Shown one piece after another: positions 7,993 to 20,575 of a stretch of DNA of 64,000 nucleotides. Source of the stretch: Spirochaetota bacterium (GTDB taxonomy: Bacteria > Spirochaetota > UBA4802 > JAKQUI01); the NCBI GenBank assembly GCA_029562645.1, contig JAKQUI010000005.1, forward strand, positions 7,961 through 71,960, given 5' to 3'. Under the pieces are notes generated by a model that worked only from the letters and a program-made list of their open reading frames with translations, searched no databases and had not been told where the DNA came from. How positions within the stretch are numbered: the stretch's first letter is position 1; the number at the start of each line of letters is the position of its first letter. A program made the translations under genes and the position numbers.

Positions 7993-9828
7993 TCAGGCCG
8001 CCTCGCCGATGCCGTACTCCCGTCCGATGCTCTCCAGGAGTTGCTTCTCCTCCGGCGAGACGTTCGCGTCGGCCTCGGCGGCCTTCTTCATGAGCGCATA
8101 GATCTTCCGGCGCTTCTTCATGTCCTCGGGCATGCGGATCACGAGGCTCCCGGAGCGCGCCATGGCGAAGAAGGGCTCCAGGCGTGTGATGTCGTATCCC
8201 CATTTCTTCGCCAGCTCCTCGGCGAAGCGGCGCTCCTCGTCGGCATAGACGCCATCGGCGGCGATCATCACCATCACATTGTTGAAGGCGAAGTCGCGCA
8301 CGTCATGGAGCGTATCGACGAGCCGCGCGCCCACCGAGTACGATACCGCGTCCCGGTTCGTCCGCAGGTACTCCTCGTACTCGGCCACGCTCATGACATC
8401 TGTGATGATCCACTCGGAGCCGGTGCTGTTCATGGGCACGCCGCAGTACTCGCACTCGATCCTGAGCGAGTTGGACACCGGCGCGCCGCACGACGGGCAG
8501 CTGTGCGCATAGAGCGAGCCCTTCGATTGCGCGGCGTTCTTGTCGCGGCTCATGAACACGACCTCCGTCCGCGAGAGCACCGACGGGTCCAGCTTCGTGA
8601 CGCGCGTCCCGTCGATCTTCACGCGCTGGGCGGACGAGACGACGGCGATGTGCAGCACGTTCCTCCCGTTCGCCTCCGAGACGCCCGCCAGATACACGTC
8701 GTTCAGGTAGATGCGGTTGTAGGCGACGATCCCGCCGCCCGTCCCCGGCGCGAACTTTTGGAAGAGCTCGTCGCTCACGAAGCGCCGCATGATGGCCGGA
8801 TCGCCCAGGGCGCGCGCGGTGACCATCTGCAGGTAGCCGTTGCTGGCCTTGTCCTCCACGAGCTGCACGGAGAAGTCGTCGTTTTCGTCGATGAGGCGCC
8901 GGACCTTCTCGGTGAGATCGGCGGACTTTCGGAGCTTCGGGTTCGCGGCCACATAGTCGTCCGCCTGCGTGATCTCGGAGAGCACCCAATCGTATTCGCC
9001 TGAGTTGGTGAGCGTCCCGCAGGCCGGGCAGGCGCTCACCTCCCCCATGTCGACCGGCAACGGCGAGCCGCAGTTGGGGCAGGTCTCGGTGAAGTAGAGG
9101 TCGGTTTTCGGCTTGCCGCGCTTCTTGATGAACGACCAGTACTCGACGAATTCCTCCGCGCCCCCTGAGTTGAGCGACGGGTCAAGTTCGCTCACGAAAC
9201 GGTCCGTGATGCTCGCATGAATCGCCGTATGGATGATGTCGAAGCGGCCGTCCGTTTCGATCCGGTCGATGTAGATATTGATCACCCGAAGGTTGTCGAT
9301 GGTGTTCTTTTGCTTGAGAAGCGCCATCATCTTGAACTGCGTCGTGAAGCGCTGATACACCCCGTCCGAGATGAACCGCCGCACGCCGGCGAGCGACTGC
9401 TTCTGCCATGCCTCCTGGATTGCGGTGAACGCGTGGCGCGCCTTCGCCGTGAATTCCTCCTGGCCGAAGTCGGGATTGTTTTTCACGAAGGCGTCGAACC
9501 CCTTCACCCGCTGCACCGGCTTTCCGCTGGGGAGACGGTTGAGGATGGTTTGGGCCTTGAATTTCTTTTTCGAGTACCGCGAGACGATGATGAACCCTGC
9601 AACAAGGATCCCTCCCACGATGACGTTGGCCGGAAAGGGCAGCTCGATGATCACCCGGATGAGCAGGTAAATGAGGACGTCGAGTCCATCGCCCCCGCCG
9701 CCGCCCCCGCCATCACCGCCGCCCGCGCCGCCGGCGCGCGCGAGAAGATCGCCCGCCGGGACCAGGAGCGCGCAGAGGATCAACGCCGCGCAGCCAATAA
9801 CTAGCACTCCCTTCATCGTCCGTTTCAT
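7993..9828 (-). CDS. membrane protein with two Tim44-like domains, each followed by a zinc ribbon, and a C-terminal TerB-like domain
   Basis: N-terminal TM segment plus Gly-rich tract. Two repeats of an NTF2/Tim44-like segment, each followed by CPNCG...CPACG or CPSCG...CEYCG. A C-terminal ~90 aa region resembles TerB/DjlA-N helical domains (YADEERRFAEELAKKWGY). Confidence 0.45.
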   Translation of the reverse strand: MKRTMKGVLVIGCAALILCALLVPAGDLLARAGGAGGGDGGGGGGGDGLDVLIYLLIRVIIELPFPANVIVGGILVAGFIIVSRYSKKKFKAQTILNRLPSGKPVQRVKGFDAFVKNNPDFGQEEFTAKARHAFTAIQEAWQKQSLAGVRRFISDGVYQRFTTQFKMMALLKQKNTIDNLRVINIYIDRIETDGRFDIIHTAIHASITDRFVSELDPSLNSGGAEEFVEYWSFIKKRGKPKTDLYFTETCPNCGSPLPVDMGEVSACPACGTLTNSGEYDWVLSEITQADDYVAANPKLRKSADLTEKVRRLIDENDDFSVQLVEDKASNGYLQMVTARALGDPAIMRRFVSDELFQKFAPGTGGGIVAYNRIYLNDVYLAGVSEANGRNVLHIAVVSSAQRVKIDGTRVTKLDPSVLSRTEVVFMSRDKNAAQSKGSLYAHSCPSCGAPVSNSLRIECEYCGVPMNSTGSEWIITDVMSVAEYEEYLRTNRDAVSYSVGARLVDTLHDVRDFAFNNVMVMIAADGVYADEERRFAEELAKKWGYDITRLEPFFAMARSGSLVIRMPEDMKKRRKIYALMKKAAEADANVSPEEKQLLESIGREYGIGEAA

Positions 9829-9870
9829 GCCATCACCCTCCCCGTGTTGATCGCCGCGGCGCCGATCCGC

Positions 9871-11349
9871 TTACCGCACCCGCCGCAGGTTCATCGACTT
9901 CAGCTTCGCATCAATGGCCCGGTTGAGGTCGCCGCGGCCCGTCTTCGCATTGATTACGGCGGCCCGCTGCAGATAGGCCGTCCCGGTCTTCCGGTCGCCC
10001 TTCGCCAGGTACACCGCGCCGATATTGCTCAACGTCATGGCGTGATCGTAGGTGTTCGTAAGCCCGGTTTTCTCCCAGATCTCTTCGGCCCGCAGGAACG
10101 AAGCCAGCGCCTTGTCGCGATCGCCCATCAGGAAATGCACCGAACCGATATTGCTCATGGCGATCGCGTGGCTCCGCGTGTTCACAAACCCGATCCGCTC
10201 GCGTATCTCCTCGGACCGGGTAAAGCGCTTCATCGCGGCCGCCTTGTCGCCCTTCTTCACGTACGCCGCCCCTATGTTGATAAGAGTGTTGATGGCGCTG
10301 CTGGAGTTCCCGAGGCCGGCCGCCTGCAGCATATCGAGGGCCCGCTCGCTGGTCCGGATTCCCTCGGCCAGCTCGTTCTTCTGGATATACGCCGCCCCGA
10401 CCCGACCGAGGATATCCGCGTACATTCCCGAATCGCGGCGCCCGATCTTCGCCAGCAGGGCGAGCGCCTTTTCATGATGAAGCCGCGCGGCGTCGGATTC
10501 GCCCATGCCCCAGTAGACGGAGCCGGTGCCGGACAGGGACTCGGCGTAGTCGACGCTCTCGCGCAGTGCGCCGCCCTCGAGGATCCCGCGCGCCCGCTCA
10601 TGACAGCGCAGCGCATCGGCGAAGGCGTTCGTCTCCGTATAGGCCTGTCCCATCTTGGTGTAGGCCTGGAAAAAATCCGCATCGATCGCGCAGGCCTTCG
10701 TATAATATCCGACCGCCTCCGCGGGCCGCGTGAAGTGGACGCGCAAGCCCTTCGCGTACCAGGCATAGGCGTCGGGCTTGGTCGTCGGTCGGATCACGAC
10801 GGCCTTCGTCTCCTCCGCGCGCACCAGCGGCGACACCTGCGCGAACGAGGGGACCTGGTTGGTCGCATCCAGCAGGCCGATCACCACCCGGTCCTGCAGC
10901 TCGAAGAGCGACTCGCGCCGCCCGTCGAGGGTGATGGCGCGCTCGACCCGCGCGCTTTCCGCATCGATGATCCGTGCGACGATCCTGACGTTCGATCCGT
11001 TCACCTGGACGCTGCCGGCGAAGATCACGCGCGCGCCCAGAATGCCGCCCACCGTGACGATGTCGCGCTCCCTGACGGCGCCGGTCATCCCGAACGCCAT
11101 CTCCTTCATCGCCTGCGCGCGGTCCGAATCGGAAAACACGTTCACCGCGCGCACCCGCGAAAAACCGCTCACAACGGCGTCGGACACCCCGGCAGCGAGC
11201 CAGGAATGCTCCGCGGGCCCCCGATACTCGAACGGCGCGACGAGCACGTTGACGGAGTTGGCGGGCGTGCTCTGCCGTTTCGACCCGGTCCCGGCGCACC
11301 CGGCAAGCGCCACAATGCCGATAAGTAGGAACGCCTTCATCCGTTTCAT
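9871..11349 (-). CDS. TPR-repeat lipoprotein with a non-TPR N-terminal alpha/beta domain
   Basis: Lipobox LAGC. N-terminal ~130 aa domain (VNVFSDSD...GARVIFAGSVQVNGSNVRIVARIID) followed by about 8 TPR-like repeats. Paralogue of the gene at 27883..29520. Confidence 0.6.
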   Translation of the reverse strand: MKRMKAFLLIGIVALAGCAGTGSKRQSTPANSVNVLVAPFEYRGPAEHSWLAAGVSDAVVSGFSRVRAVNVFSDSDRAQAMKEMAFGMTGAVRERDIVTVGGILGARVIFAGSVQVNGSNVRIVARIIDAESARVERAITLDGRRESLFELQDRVVIGLLDATNQVPSFAQVSPLVRAEETKAVVIRPTTKPDAYAWYAKGLRVHFTRPAEAVGYYTKACAIDADFFQAYTKMGQAYTETNAFADALRCHERARGILEGGALRESVDYAESLSGTGSVYWGMGESDAARLHHEKALALLAKIGRRDSGMYADILGRVGAAYIQKNELAEGIRTSERALDMLQAAGLGNSSSAINTLINIGAAYVKKGDKAAAMKRFTRSEEIRERIGFVNTRSHAIAMSNIGSVHFLMGDRDKALASFLRAEEIWEKTGLTNTYDHAMTLSNIGAVYLAKGDRKTGTAYLQRAAVINAKTGRGDLNRAIDAKLKSMNLRRVR

Positions 11350-11417
11350 AGTCTCATCCATCCTTCGTTAATATGGGATAACCTGGTTTGTCGGGATACC
11401 GCAGCACCATCGCCCGC

Positions 11418-12467
11418 TCAGCGCACCTCGATGCCAATGATGACCCGGTCGTCCCGAACGGACTGTCCGTCATGCAGGCGGTCCGCCTCGGCGACAATCA
11501 TGTCCAGCGTCTCGCCGATCGGCCGCCGCGCCGCATTCGCCGCGTCAATGATCGGCAGAAAGCCGGCAAGACCAATGGAGCTCTTCCCCTTTTGTTGTAT
11601 GTCGTACATCCCGTCCGTGATCAGAAACAACCGGTCGCCCGGATCAAGCCGCGCCGTATGGCATTCATACCGGCTGTCGCCCCCGTGGCAAATGGGGACG
11701 CCGTCGGAGAGGATCAACTCCGATGTCCCGGCCTGCCCGCGCAGTACGATGGGGTGCGGATGCGCCGCGCGCGAGAAGGTGAAGGCCGTTTCCCCGCCGT
11801 CCCGCTGGAGCACGCCATAGAGCGCGGTGAGATAGTTGTTCTCAGGGATAACCTGCATGAGCTCCCGGTTCACGAGCAGCAGAAACCGGTCGGGCTCCAG
11901 GCCGTGTTTCCGGCAGGCGCGGTCCGATACCACCTTCACGAGGGCGGTGATGAGCGAGGCCGATACGCCGTGACCGGCGACGTCGCCGACAAAGAAGCCG
12001 ACGCCCCCCTCCCGAATCTCGACAATGGACACGAGATCGCCCCCGACCGCCTTCACCGGATTATACCGGTAGTCGATGTCGGCATATGCGCACCGGGGCA
12101 GGTCCGGAAGAAACGACCGCTGCAGGATGCGCGCGTATTCGAGATCGTCGTGTAAGAGCTCGTTTTGCTTTCTCAGCCGCTGTTCGACCTCCGTACGCGC
12201 CGCGATCTCGCGGGTGAGGCGCGCATTTGTCGCATGGAGCCGGTCCTGCCGAATGCCGGCGAGCGCGGCGAACAGTCCCAGGAAGAAGGGGGCCGAGTCG
12301 ATGACCCAGAGGAGGCGGCTGTTGGCCTGCACCGCCGCGATCGTCGCGAGGCCGATCGTGCCGAATTGAAATAACGATTCCACGGCAGTGGAAATCACCG
12401 GAAATAAAAACCCGAAGGCGATCCCATAGGCCGTATACGCCGCTGTCCGTGTCTGAAACAGTATCAT
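11418..12467 (-). CDS. membrane-anchored PP2C/SpoIIE-type Ser/Thr phosphatase
   Basis: About 3-4 N-terminal TM helices, a coiled linker, then a PPM domain with GGDLV, GDVAGHG and ITDG motifs. Confidence 0.7.
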   Translation of the reverse strand: MILFQTRTAAYTAYGIAFGFLFPVISTAVESLFQFGTIGLATIAAVQANSRLLWVIDSAPFFLGLFAALAGIRQDRLHATNARLTREIAARTEVEQRLRKQNELLHDDLEYARILQRSFLPDLPRCAYADIDYRYNPVKAVGGDLVSIVEIREGGVGFFVGDVAGHGVSASLITALVKVVSDRACRKHGLEPDRFLLLVNRELMQVIPENNYLTALYGVLQRDGGETAFTFSRAAHPHPIVLRGQAGTSELILSDGVPICHGGDSRYECHTARLDPGDRLFLITDGMYDIQQKGKSSIGLAGFLPIIDAANAARRPIGETLDMIVAEADRLHDGQSVRDDRVIIGIEVR

Positions 12468-12616
12468 GTCCCGTTACGTGCTCAATAACTTCCGCGCGCC
12501 GCCCGGCGCCGCATGCGGCCCCGCATGATCAAAACATGAAAAAAAACCGGGGTCAAGACATTAATTTTACATCGTGGGTCGATCCGCTGCGCGCGCCGTC
12601 GGTCGAGTCCCTTCGC

Positions 12617-13231
12617 CTATACCGACGCGAGGTACGCCGTGAGGCCGTCCAGGACCATCTGGATGCCGATGCTGGAGACGATGAGGCCGGTGATGCGGAT
12701 GAGCGCGCCCAGGAGATGGTGTCGGTCGAGATAGGCGCTCAAGGACACGGAAAAGAACATGACGCCGTAATTGACCGCGAGGGCGCCCACGATGGCGACG
12801 AGGGTCACGGGCGTCCCGAAGGTGACGGGGAGCGTCACCGACGCGGTGATGGCGGCGGGACCGGCGATGAGCGGCGAGGCGAGGGGGACCACCGACATGT
12901 CGTCCAGACTCTGGCGCGGGTCGCTCTCGAAAAAGAAGCCCTTGTTCACGGCGAGCAGGCCGCGATAGAGCAGCACCAGCCCGCCGCAGATCTGGAAGGA
13001 ATGGATGTCCACGTGGAAGACCTTCGTGAGAAGGGCCGACCCGAAGAGGGCGAAGGGCAGCAACATGATTGCGGCGATGACCGAGGCGCGCAGCGACACG
13101 CGGCGCAGTTCCCGCACCGCATTGCGCTCGGCGAGCACGCTGAGCACCGCGATCTTGCTCACCGGATTGATCACGGCGATCACGAAGAGCGCGCAGTGGG
13201 CGATGGCTTTCAGGATCGTAGCGTCAGGCAT
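12617..13231 (-). CDS. MarC-family (UPF0056) integral membrane protein
   Basis: About 204 aa, six predicted TM helices. Family-like N-terminus AIAHCALFVIAVINPV. Confidence 0.7.
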   Translation of the reverse strand: MPDATILKAIAHCALFVIAVINPVSKIAVLSVLAERNAVRELRRVSLRASVIAAIMLLPFALFGSALLTKVFHVDIHSFQICGGLVLLYRGLLAVNKGFFFESDPRQSLDDMSVVPLASPLIAGPAAITASVTLPVTFGTPVTLVAIVGALAVNYGVMFFSVSLSAYLDRHHLLGALIRITGLIVSSIGIQMVLDGLTAYLASV

Positions 13232-13383
13232 GGCGATTCACTCCGACAACGGCACTGAGGATCATACACGTCCAATCCGCTGTCACGCACTTTTTCACGG
13301 TATGATCCGGATCGCGACGCGATCCGCGCGACCGTCGGGCCGAAGACGCCTTACACGCACTGGATATGGGATGGTCTCCGCTG

Positions 13384-13417
13384 CCGGCGGCGGTCCCCTG
13401 CAATCGGCCGCCGCCGG
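13384..13417. terminator. GC hairpin 16 nt downstream of the vWA gene stop (no U-tract)
   Basis: CCGGCGGCGG-N14-CCGCCGCCGG perfect 10-bp stem. Confidence 0.25.
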
Positions 13418-13432
13418 TATCGTTGCATCACG

Positions 13433-15112
13433 CTATCGCGCCAAGAGGCGCTTCGATTGCTTCACGAGCGAGAGAAACTCCGCCCGGTAGCCCTCGGCAT
13501 CGACGCCGATGCTTCCGCTGGCCAAACGCTGGACGTCATCGAGGCTCGCGCGTCCCTTATGCTCCGATGCCTTGAGCAACAGCCCCCATTCGGCCACCGC
13601 GGCCGAGAAGCGGAAGTTGTCAGAGGTCTTCGCGGCGGGGACCGGACGGTTCAGGACCGCATGGGTCATCAGCACGCTCTGCTCCTCCTTCGGGCGCTTG
13701 TAGCGGAACTTGATCTGCATGAGCTCGTCCGCGGTTTCCGCGCCGGGCTTCACGCTCGTGGTGAGATAGAGTAGATCGCTCCGGGGGAGCGCCGCGCCGT
13801 CGGCCAGGACCAGCTCGTAGAGCGCCGTCACGCTGTGTCCGGACCCGAGGTCGCCCGCGTCCTTCCGGTCGTTATCGAAGTCCTCCGCGGCCAGGATGCG
13901 GTTCTCGTAGCCGATGAGGCGGTACTCCTTGACCACCGCGGGGTTGAATTCGATCTGGAGCTTCACGTCCTTCGCGATGGTGAAGAGCGTCCCGCCGAGC
14001 TGCGACACCAGCACCTTCCGCGCCTCCTTGAGCGTGTCGATGTACGCGTAGTTGCCGTTCCCCTTGTCGGCGAGCTTCTCCATGCGCGAGTCCTTGTAGT
14101 TCCCCATGCCGAAGCCGAGGACCGTCAGGAACACGCCGCCCTTTCGCTTCTGTTCGATGAGGCGCTCGAGCTCGCCGGTGGACGATACGCCGACGTTGAA
14201 GTCGCCGTCGGTCGCGAGGATCACCCGGTTGTTCCCGTGCGCGATAAAATTATTCTTCGCCACCGTATAGGCGAGCTTAATGCCGTCCCCGCCCGCGGTA
14301 GAGCCGCCGGCCTCGAACGAATCGATCACGCCCATGATTCGGTCCTTCTGGCTCCCCGGCGTCGAGGGAAGCACCAGGCCGGCCGCGCCCGCATACACCA
14401 CGATGGCCACGCGATCGACCGGCCGCAGCTGCTTGACCATGAGCTTGAAGGACTCCTTCAACAGCGGCAGCTTATTGGACTGGTTCATCGATCCCGAGAC
14501 GTCGATCAGGAACACCAGGTTGTTGGGCGGCATCTGTTCGAGCGCGATAGTTTTGCCCTGCAGTCCGACCATGAGAAGCTGATGCGATGAGTTCCAAGGG
14601 CACGCCGAGAGCTCGGTGGTGAAGCTGAACGGGTGGGCGCCCGTGGGCTGCGGATAGTCGTAGGTGAAGTAGTTGATCAGCTCCTCGATGCGCACCGCGT
14701 CCTTCGGCGGGCGCCCGACCGAGTTGATGAACCGCCGCACGTTCGCATACGACGCCGCATCGACATCGATGGAAAAGGTCGATTGCGGATTCTTGAGCGT
14801 CTCGAGGAACCGGTTTTCCGCCGTCCGCTCGTACTCCTCCGTGTTGAAATCGCGCGGCACCCGCTGGAGCGGCAGCAGACGCCCGTCGCGGACGCGCTCC
14901 TCGCTCTCCCGGATCGCCATGCCGGTGGACGCGAAATCGTGCATCCCCGCCGCACCCTCGATCGCTCGCCCCCGCCGCACCTTCTCATCGGTCAGCCGCG
15001 AGTCCCCCTTGATTTGTCCGCCGAGCGTGTGTTTCCCGCCTCCGCAGGACACGAGCCAGGCGCTGGCCGCGCACAGCAAGAGCACGCTTACAATGCCAAT
15101 GATTTTACGCAT
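13433..15112 (-). CDS. von Willebrand factor A domain lipoprotein (YfbK-like)
   Basis: Signal/lipobox LVSCGGG. MIDAS motif VFLIDVSGSMN. Overall N-domain + vWA + C-terminal beta-rich extension as in the YfbK/DUF3520 architecture. Confidence 0.7.
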   Translation of the reverse strand: MRKIIGIVSVLLLCAASAWLVSCGGGKHTLGGQIKGDSRLTDEKVRRGRAIEGAAGMHDFASTGMAIRESEERVRDGRLLPLQRVPRDFNTEEYERTAENRFLETLKNPQSTFSIDVDAASYANVRRFINSVGRPPKDAVRIEELINYFTYDYPQPTGAHPFSFTTELSACPWNSSHQLLMVGLQGKTIALEQMPPNNLVFLIDVSGSMNQSNKLPLLKESFKLMVKQLRPVDRVAIVVYAGAAGLVLPSTPGSQKDRIMGVIDSFEAGGSTAGGDGIKLAYTVAKNNFIAHGNNRVILATDGDFNVGVSSTGELERLIEQKRKGGVFLTVLGFGMGNYKDSRMEKLADKGNGNYAYIDTLKEARKVLVSQLGGTLFTIAKDVKLQIEFNPAVVKEYRLIGYENRILAAEDFDNDRKDAGDLGSGHSVTALYELVLADGAALPRSDLLYLTTSVKPGAETADELMQIKFRYKRPKEEQSVLMTHAVLNRPVPAAKTSDNFRFSAAVAEWGLLLKASEHKGRASLDDVQRLASGSIGVDAEGYRAEFLSLVKQSKRLLAR

Positions 15113-15373
15113 ATCTCCCCCTCAGTTGCGTTGATTCCGGTCTGAACGACCGTTCTTATTGACGCCCGTCCCGCCGACGCCGGAAAAAAATTGTGCGGCG
15201 TGACGCTGCGTCTCGATCGAGTGACCGGCGGGGCCCCGGTTTCGTTCCCTGAATGTGACAATTTTTCCCCATTTACAGACCGTGATCGGGAAAAACCGGT
15301 ATTGCGGTATCGAACGCGCGCCGATACTAAGAACAGGCCGTACGCTTCGATTTTTTTCGGCAGGAGGACGCAC

Positions 15374-16144
15374 ATGGACGAACTACGAAACTCACTCATG
15401 CAGTTATTCGCTGATTCCGGGCTGGTGGCCCTCAAGGCGGGGACCGAGGTCGAGGACATGACCTTCGCCGAGATCGCCTTTCTCAAGGAGCTGGGTGATC
15501 CGATCCTGCCGCTCATCGTGAAGATCGGCGGTCCCGAGGCGAGAAACGACATCCGCGCCTGCCGCGAGATCGGCGTGCACGGGATCCTCGCGCCCATGAT
15601 CGAATCGGCCTACGGGCTCCGGAATTTCGTCGAGGCGACGGCGGACATCTATCGCCAGGAGCGCCGTCCGTACCTCGCCATCAACATCGAGACGGTGACG
15701 GCCTATGCCCACCTTGACGAGATCATGGGAAGCCCCTGGTTCGACTCGATCGACCAAGTGACCGTCGGCCGGAGCGATCTCTCCGCGTCCATGGACGGCG
15801 CGCCGGACGACGATGCGGTCATCGCAGCGACGCGCGCCATCGTACACAAGGCGTCGGCGCTCGGCAAGAACACCTCGGTCGGGGGTAAGATTTCGCCGGC
15901 GAACGCCGCGCTAGTGTGCGAGCGAATCGCGCCGTCCCGCATCAATACGCGCCATATGGTGTATGATCCCGTCCGGTGCGGCGATCTCGCCGATGCGGTC
16001 GCGCGGGGGCTGCAATTCGAGGAAGAGCTCTGCGAGCGCCTTGCGGAGATCGAGCCGACAAAGCGCGCGACGTACCGCGAGCGGATCAGCGCGACCCGCG
16101 CCCGCATTGCGACGACGCCGCTCCCCTGCTGCGCCGCGAACTGA
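15374..16144 (+). CDS. HpcH/HpaI aldolase / citrate-lyase-beta-like TIM-barrel protein
   Basis: Start moved to MDELRN, with CAGGAGGA 5 nt upstream. Motifs INIETVTAYAHLDEI and VGRSDLSASM resemble the HpcH family pattern. Confidence 0.45.
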   Translation: MDELRNSLMQLFADSGLVALKAGTEVEDMTFAEIAFLKELGDPILPLIVKIGGPEARNDIRACREIGVHGILAPMIESAYGLRNFVEATADIYRQERRPYLAINIETVTAYAHLDEIMGSPWFDSIDQVTVGRSDLSASMDGAPDDDAVIAATRAIVHKASALGKNTSVGGKISPANAALVCERIAPSRINTRHMVYDPVRCGDLADAVARGLQFEEELCERLAEIEPTKRATYRERISATRARIATTPLPCCAAN

Positions 16145-16186
16145 TCGCGCCGGACAGCCGCGTTCCGGGCGCGACCGGCGGCGCCG

Positions 16187-17464
16187 TCACTGCACGTCAA
16201 TTACGACGAGGGTGATATCGTCCTCGAAGAAATCGCCGCCGGAAAACTTGCGGAGGGTTTCGATAAGCCCATCGACGAATGCGCGCGGGGTCTGCGTCGC
16301 CCCGTCAGCGATCGCCGTTACGAACGCCTCCATCCCGAACATGGCGCCCTGATCGCTAAAGCCCTCAACAATCCCGTCGGTAAAAAGGACCACCCGGTCC
16401 CCGGGACACAGCCGAACCTCCGCCTGTTCGACCTCTAGGTCATCGAAGAGCCCCAGCGGGCAGCCGCGCGGCTTTACCGGCTCAACCACGCCGCTCGAGC
16501 GCCGATACACGAGAGTGGGAACGTGCCCGGCGGACGCGCATCGCATCGTCTTCGTCGCGCGATCGATCGAGCACAGGCTCGCGGTCACGAAGTTGCAGTC
16601 CACGGTCGCTCCCCGCACCGCGGCGTTCATGCCCGCAAGCACCGCGCCGGGGCCCTCTCTCGACCGCTCGTACTCGAAGGCCATCTTGGTGATGCTTGCC
16701 AGAAAGGCCCCGGGCATGCCGTGCCCGGACACGTCGGCGATGAGAATGTCGATCGTCTCGTCGGACACGCAAAAATCGTAAAAATCGCCCCCCACCAGCT
16801 CCATGGGCAGATACAGCGCATGCAGCGAGAAGCCGGGAATGTCGGGAACCTGCTGGGGCAGCAGACGCCGCTGGAGCTTCTGCGCCACCAGAAGCTCGTC
16901 CTGGATGCGCTGCCGCTCCATGCGATAATTGTCGATGATCACCTTAATGATAAAACCGGTGAACAGGAACCAGACTAGAAAGTTGATGACGAAATCGACG
17001 GTCCGCTCGTCCGTCGAATGATAGTGCCTGGGCGCCGTAATCCCGATATACTCGAGGGAAACCAGCGCAATGATGGCCGCCGGCACCAAGAGAAACAGGA
17101 GAATACGGACCCGCCGCTTAAACACGAGGAGCGAGTAGAGGATCAGGAACTGGTAAAAAAGAAATACGTACCCGATGGACCCGTAGCCGGTTATCCAGAT
17201 CACCACCAGCAGCGCAAACCCCATGACATATAGGACTGGTTCGGACCGGACCTTGCGAAATCGAGACAGGAAGTACAGATAGAAGCCCACGGAGCAGATG
17301 ACCAATACCGACGCGATGTGATAGGCACTCCACTCGAGGATGAACATGAGGGGCATCACGAACACGGTCGCCAGGGGCGTGAAGAACGTCAGGGCATTGT
17401 AGATGCGGTTCTCGAGCGTACTGCGGGACGGATGGCCGATGATGCTGGAAAGGATGGTTCTCAT
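16187..17464 (-). CDS. polytopic membrane PP2C/SpoIIE-type phosphatase
   Basis: About six N-terminal TM helices, then a PPM domain (LVGGDFYDF, SGHGMPGA, FTDGIVE). Confidence 0.7.
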   Translation of the reverse strand: MRTILSSIIGHPSRSTLENRIYNALTFFTPLATVFVMPLMFILEWSAYHIASVLVICSVGFYLYFLSRFRKVRSEPVLYVMGFALLVVIWITGYGSIGYVFLFYQFLILYSLLVFKRRVRILLFLLVPAAIIALVSLEYIGITAPRHYHSTDERTVDFVINFLVWFLFTGFIIKVIIDNYRMERQRIQDELLVAQKLQRRLLPQQVPDIPGFSLHALYLPMELVGGDFYDFCVSDETIDILIADVSGHGMPGAFLASITKMAFEYERSREGPGAVLAGMNAAVRGATVDCNFVTASLCSIDRATKTMRCASAGHVPTLVYRRSSGVVEPVKPRGCPLGLFDDLEVEQAEVRLCPGDRVVLFTDGIVEGFSDQGAMFGMEAFVTAIADGATQTPRAFVDGLIETLRKFSGGDFFEDDITLVVIDVQ

Positions 17465-17483
17465 ATGTCCACGATTCCTATCG

Positions 17484-18026
17484 TCATATGGCCGTCGGAC
17501 CTCCGTTTATTCCGCCGCCATTCTGTTTCATCCGCTCGATCTCGTCGAGGATCCGCTTCGACGACGCGGGATCGATTCCATGGCTCACCTCGATCCCGAA
17601 CCGCCGCTTGAGAAACTCCTCGATGCTGATCCACGCGCCGTCTACGTTGACCTCCTTGGTCCATGCGCTCATGGTAATCATGTTCATCGTTTCGAGCTGC
17701 TTGATCTGCCGCGAGTCGCGAACGGACCGTCGAACGAAGTGGGCGATCAGCCAGATGACAATGATGGAATACAGCCGATTCGCAATCCAAATCAACTGCG
17801 GAACCGCTGCGGCGGGAGAAACGAAGATGCCCAGGACGATGAGCGCCGTACACCATACGCTGTAGGCGATCGTGAATCGGACTGAGTGAAGGGCGAGCGT
17901 GGCGATGACCCCGGGGGCATACAGAAATCCGTCGGCGACGCCACTATGCGTGCTCATATCGACGATCAGGGCAACGCTCGACCAGAGCAACAGGCCGGCA
18001 ATCGTTAGTGGGATGCGTAACTGCAT
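17484..18026 (-). CDS. hypothetical membrane protein (4 TM helices + soluble tail)
   Basis: ORF only. Hydrophobic N-terminal half. Immediately upstream of the PP2C gene with a 19 nt gap. Confidence 0.35.
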   Translation of the reverse strand: MQLRIPLTIAGLLLWSSVALIVDMSTHSGVADGFLYAPGVIATLALHSVRFTIAYSVWCTALIVLGIFVSPAAAVPQLIWIANRLYSIIVIWLIAHFVRRSVRDSRQIKQLETMNMITMSAWTKEVNVDGAWISIEEFLKRRFGIEVSHGIDPASSKRILDEIERMKQNGGGINGGPTAI

Positions 18027-18099
18027 TATCGTATGTGTCTGTTCCGTGCGAGTATCGCACACGTGGTTGCGGATATCAAGACAAAAACGGCCGACGCGC

Positions 18100-20550
<2,451 letters not shown>

Positions 20551-20575
20551 ATCGTGTTCCTTTGCGCGTACGCGC

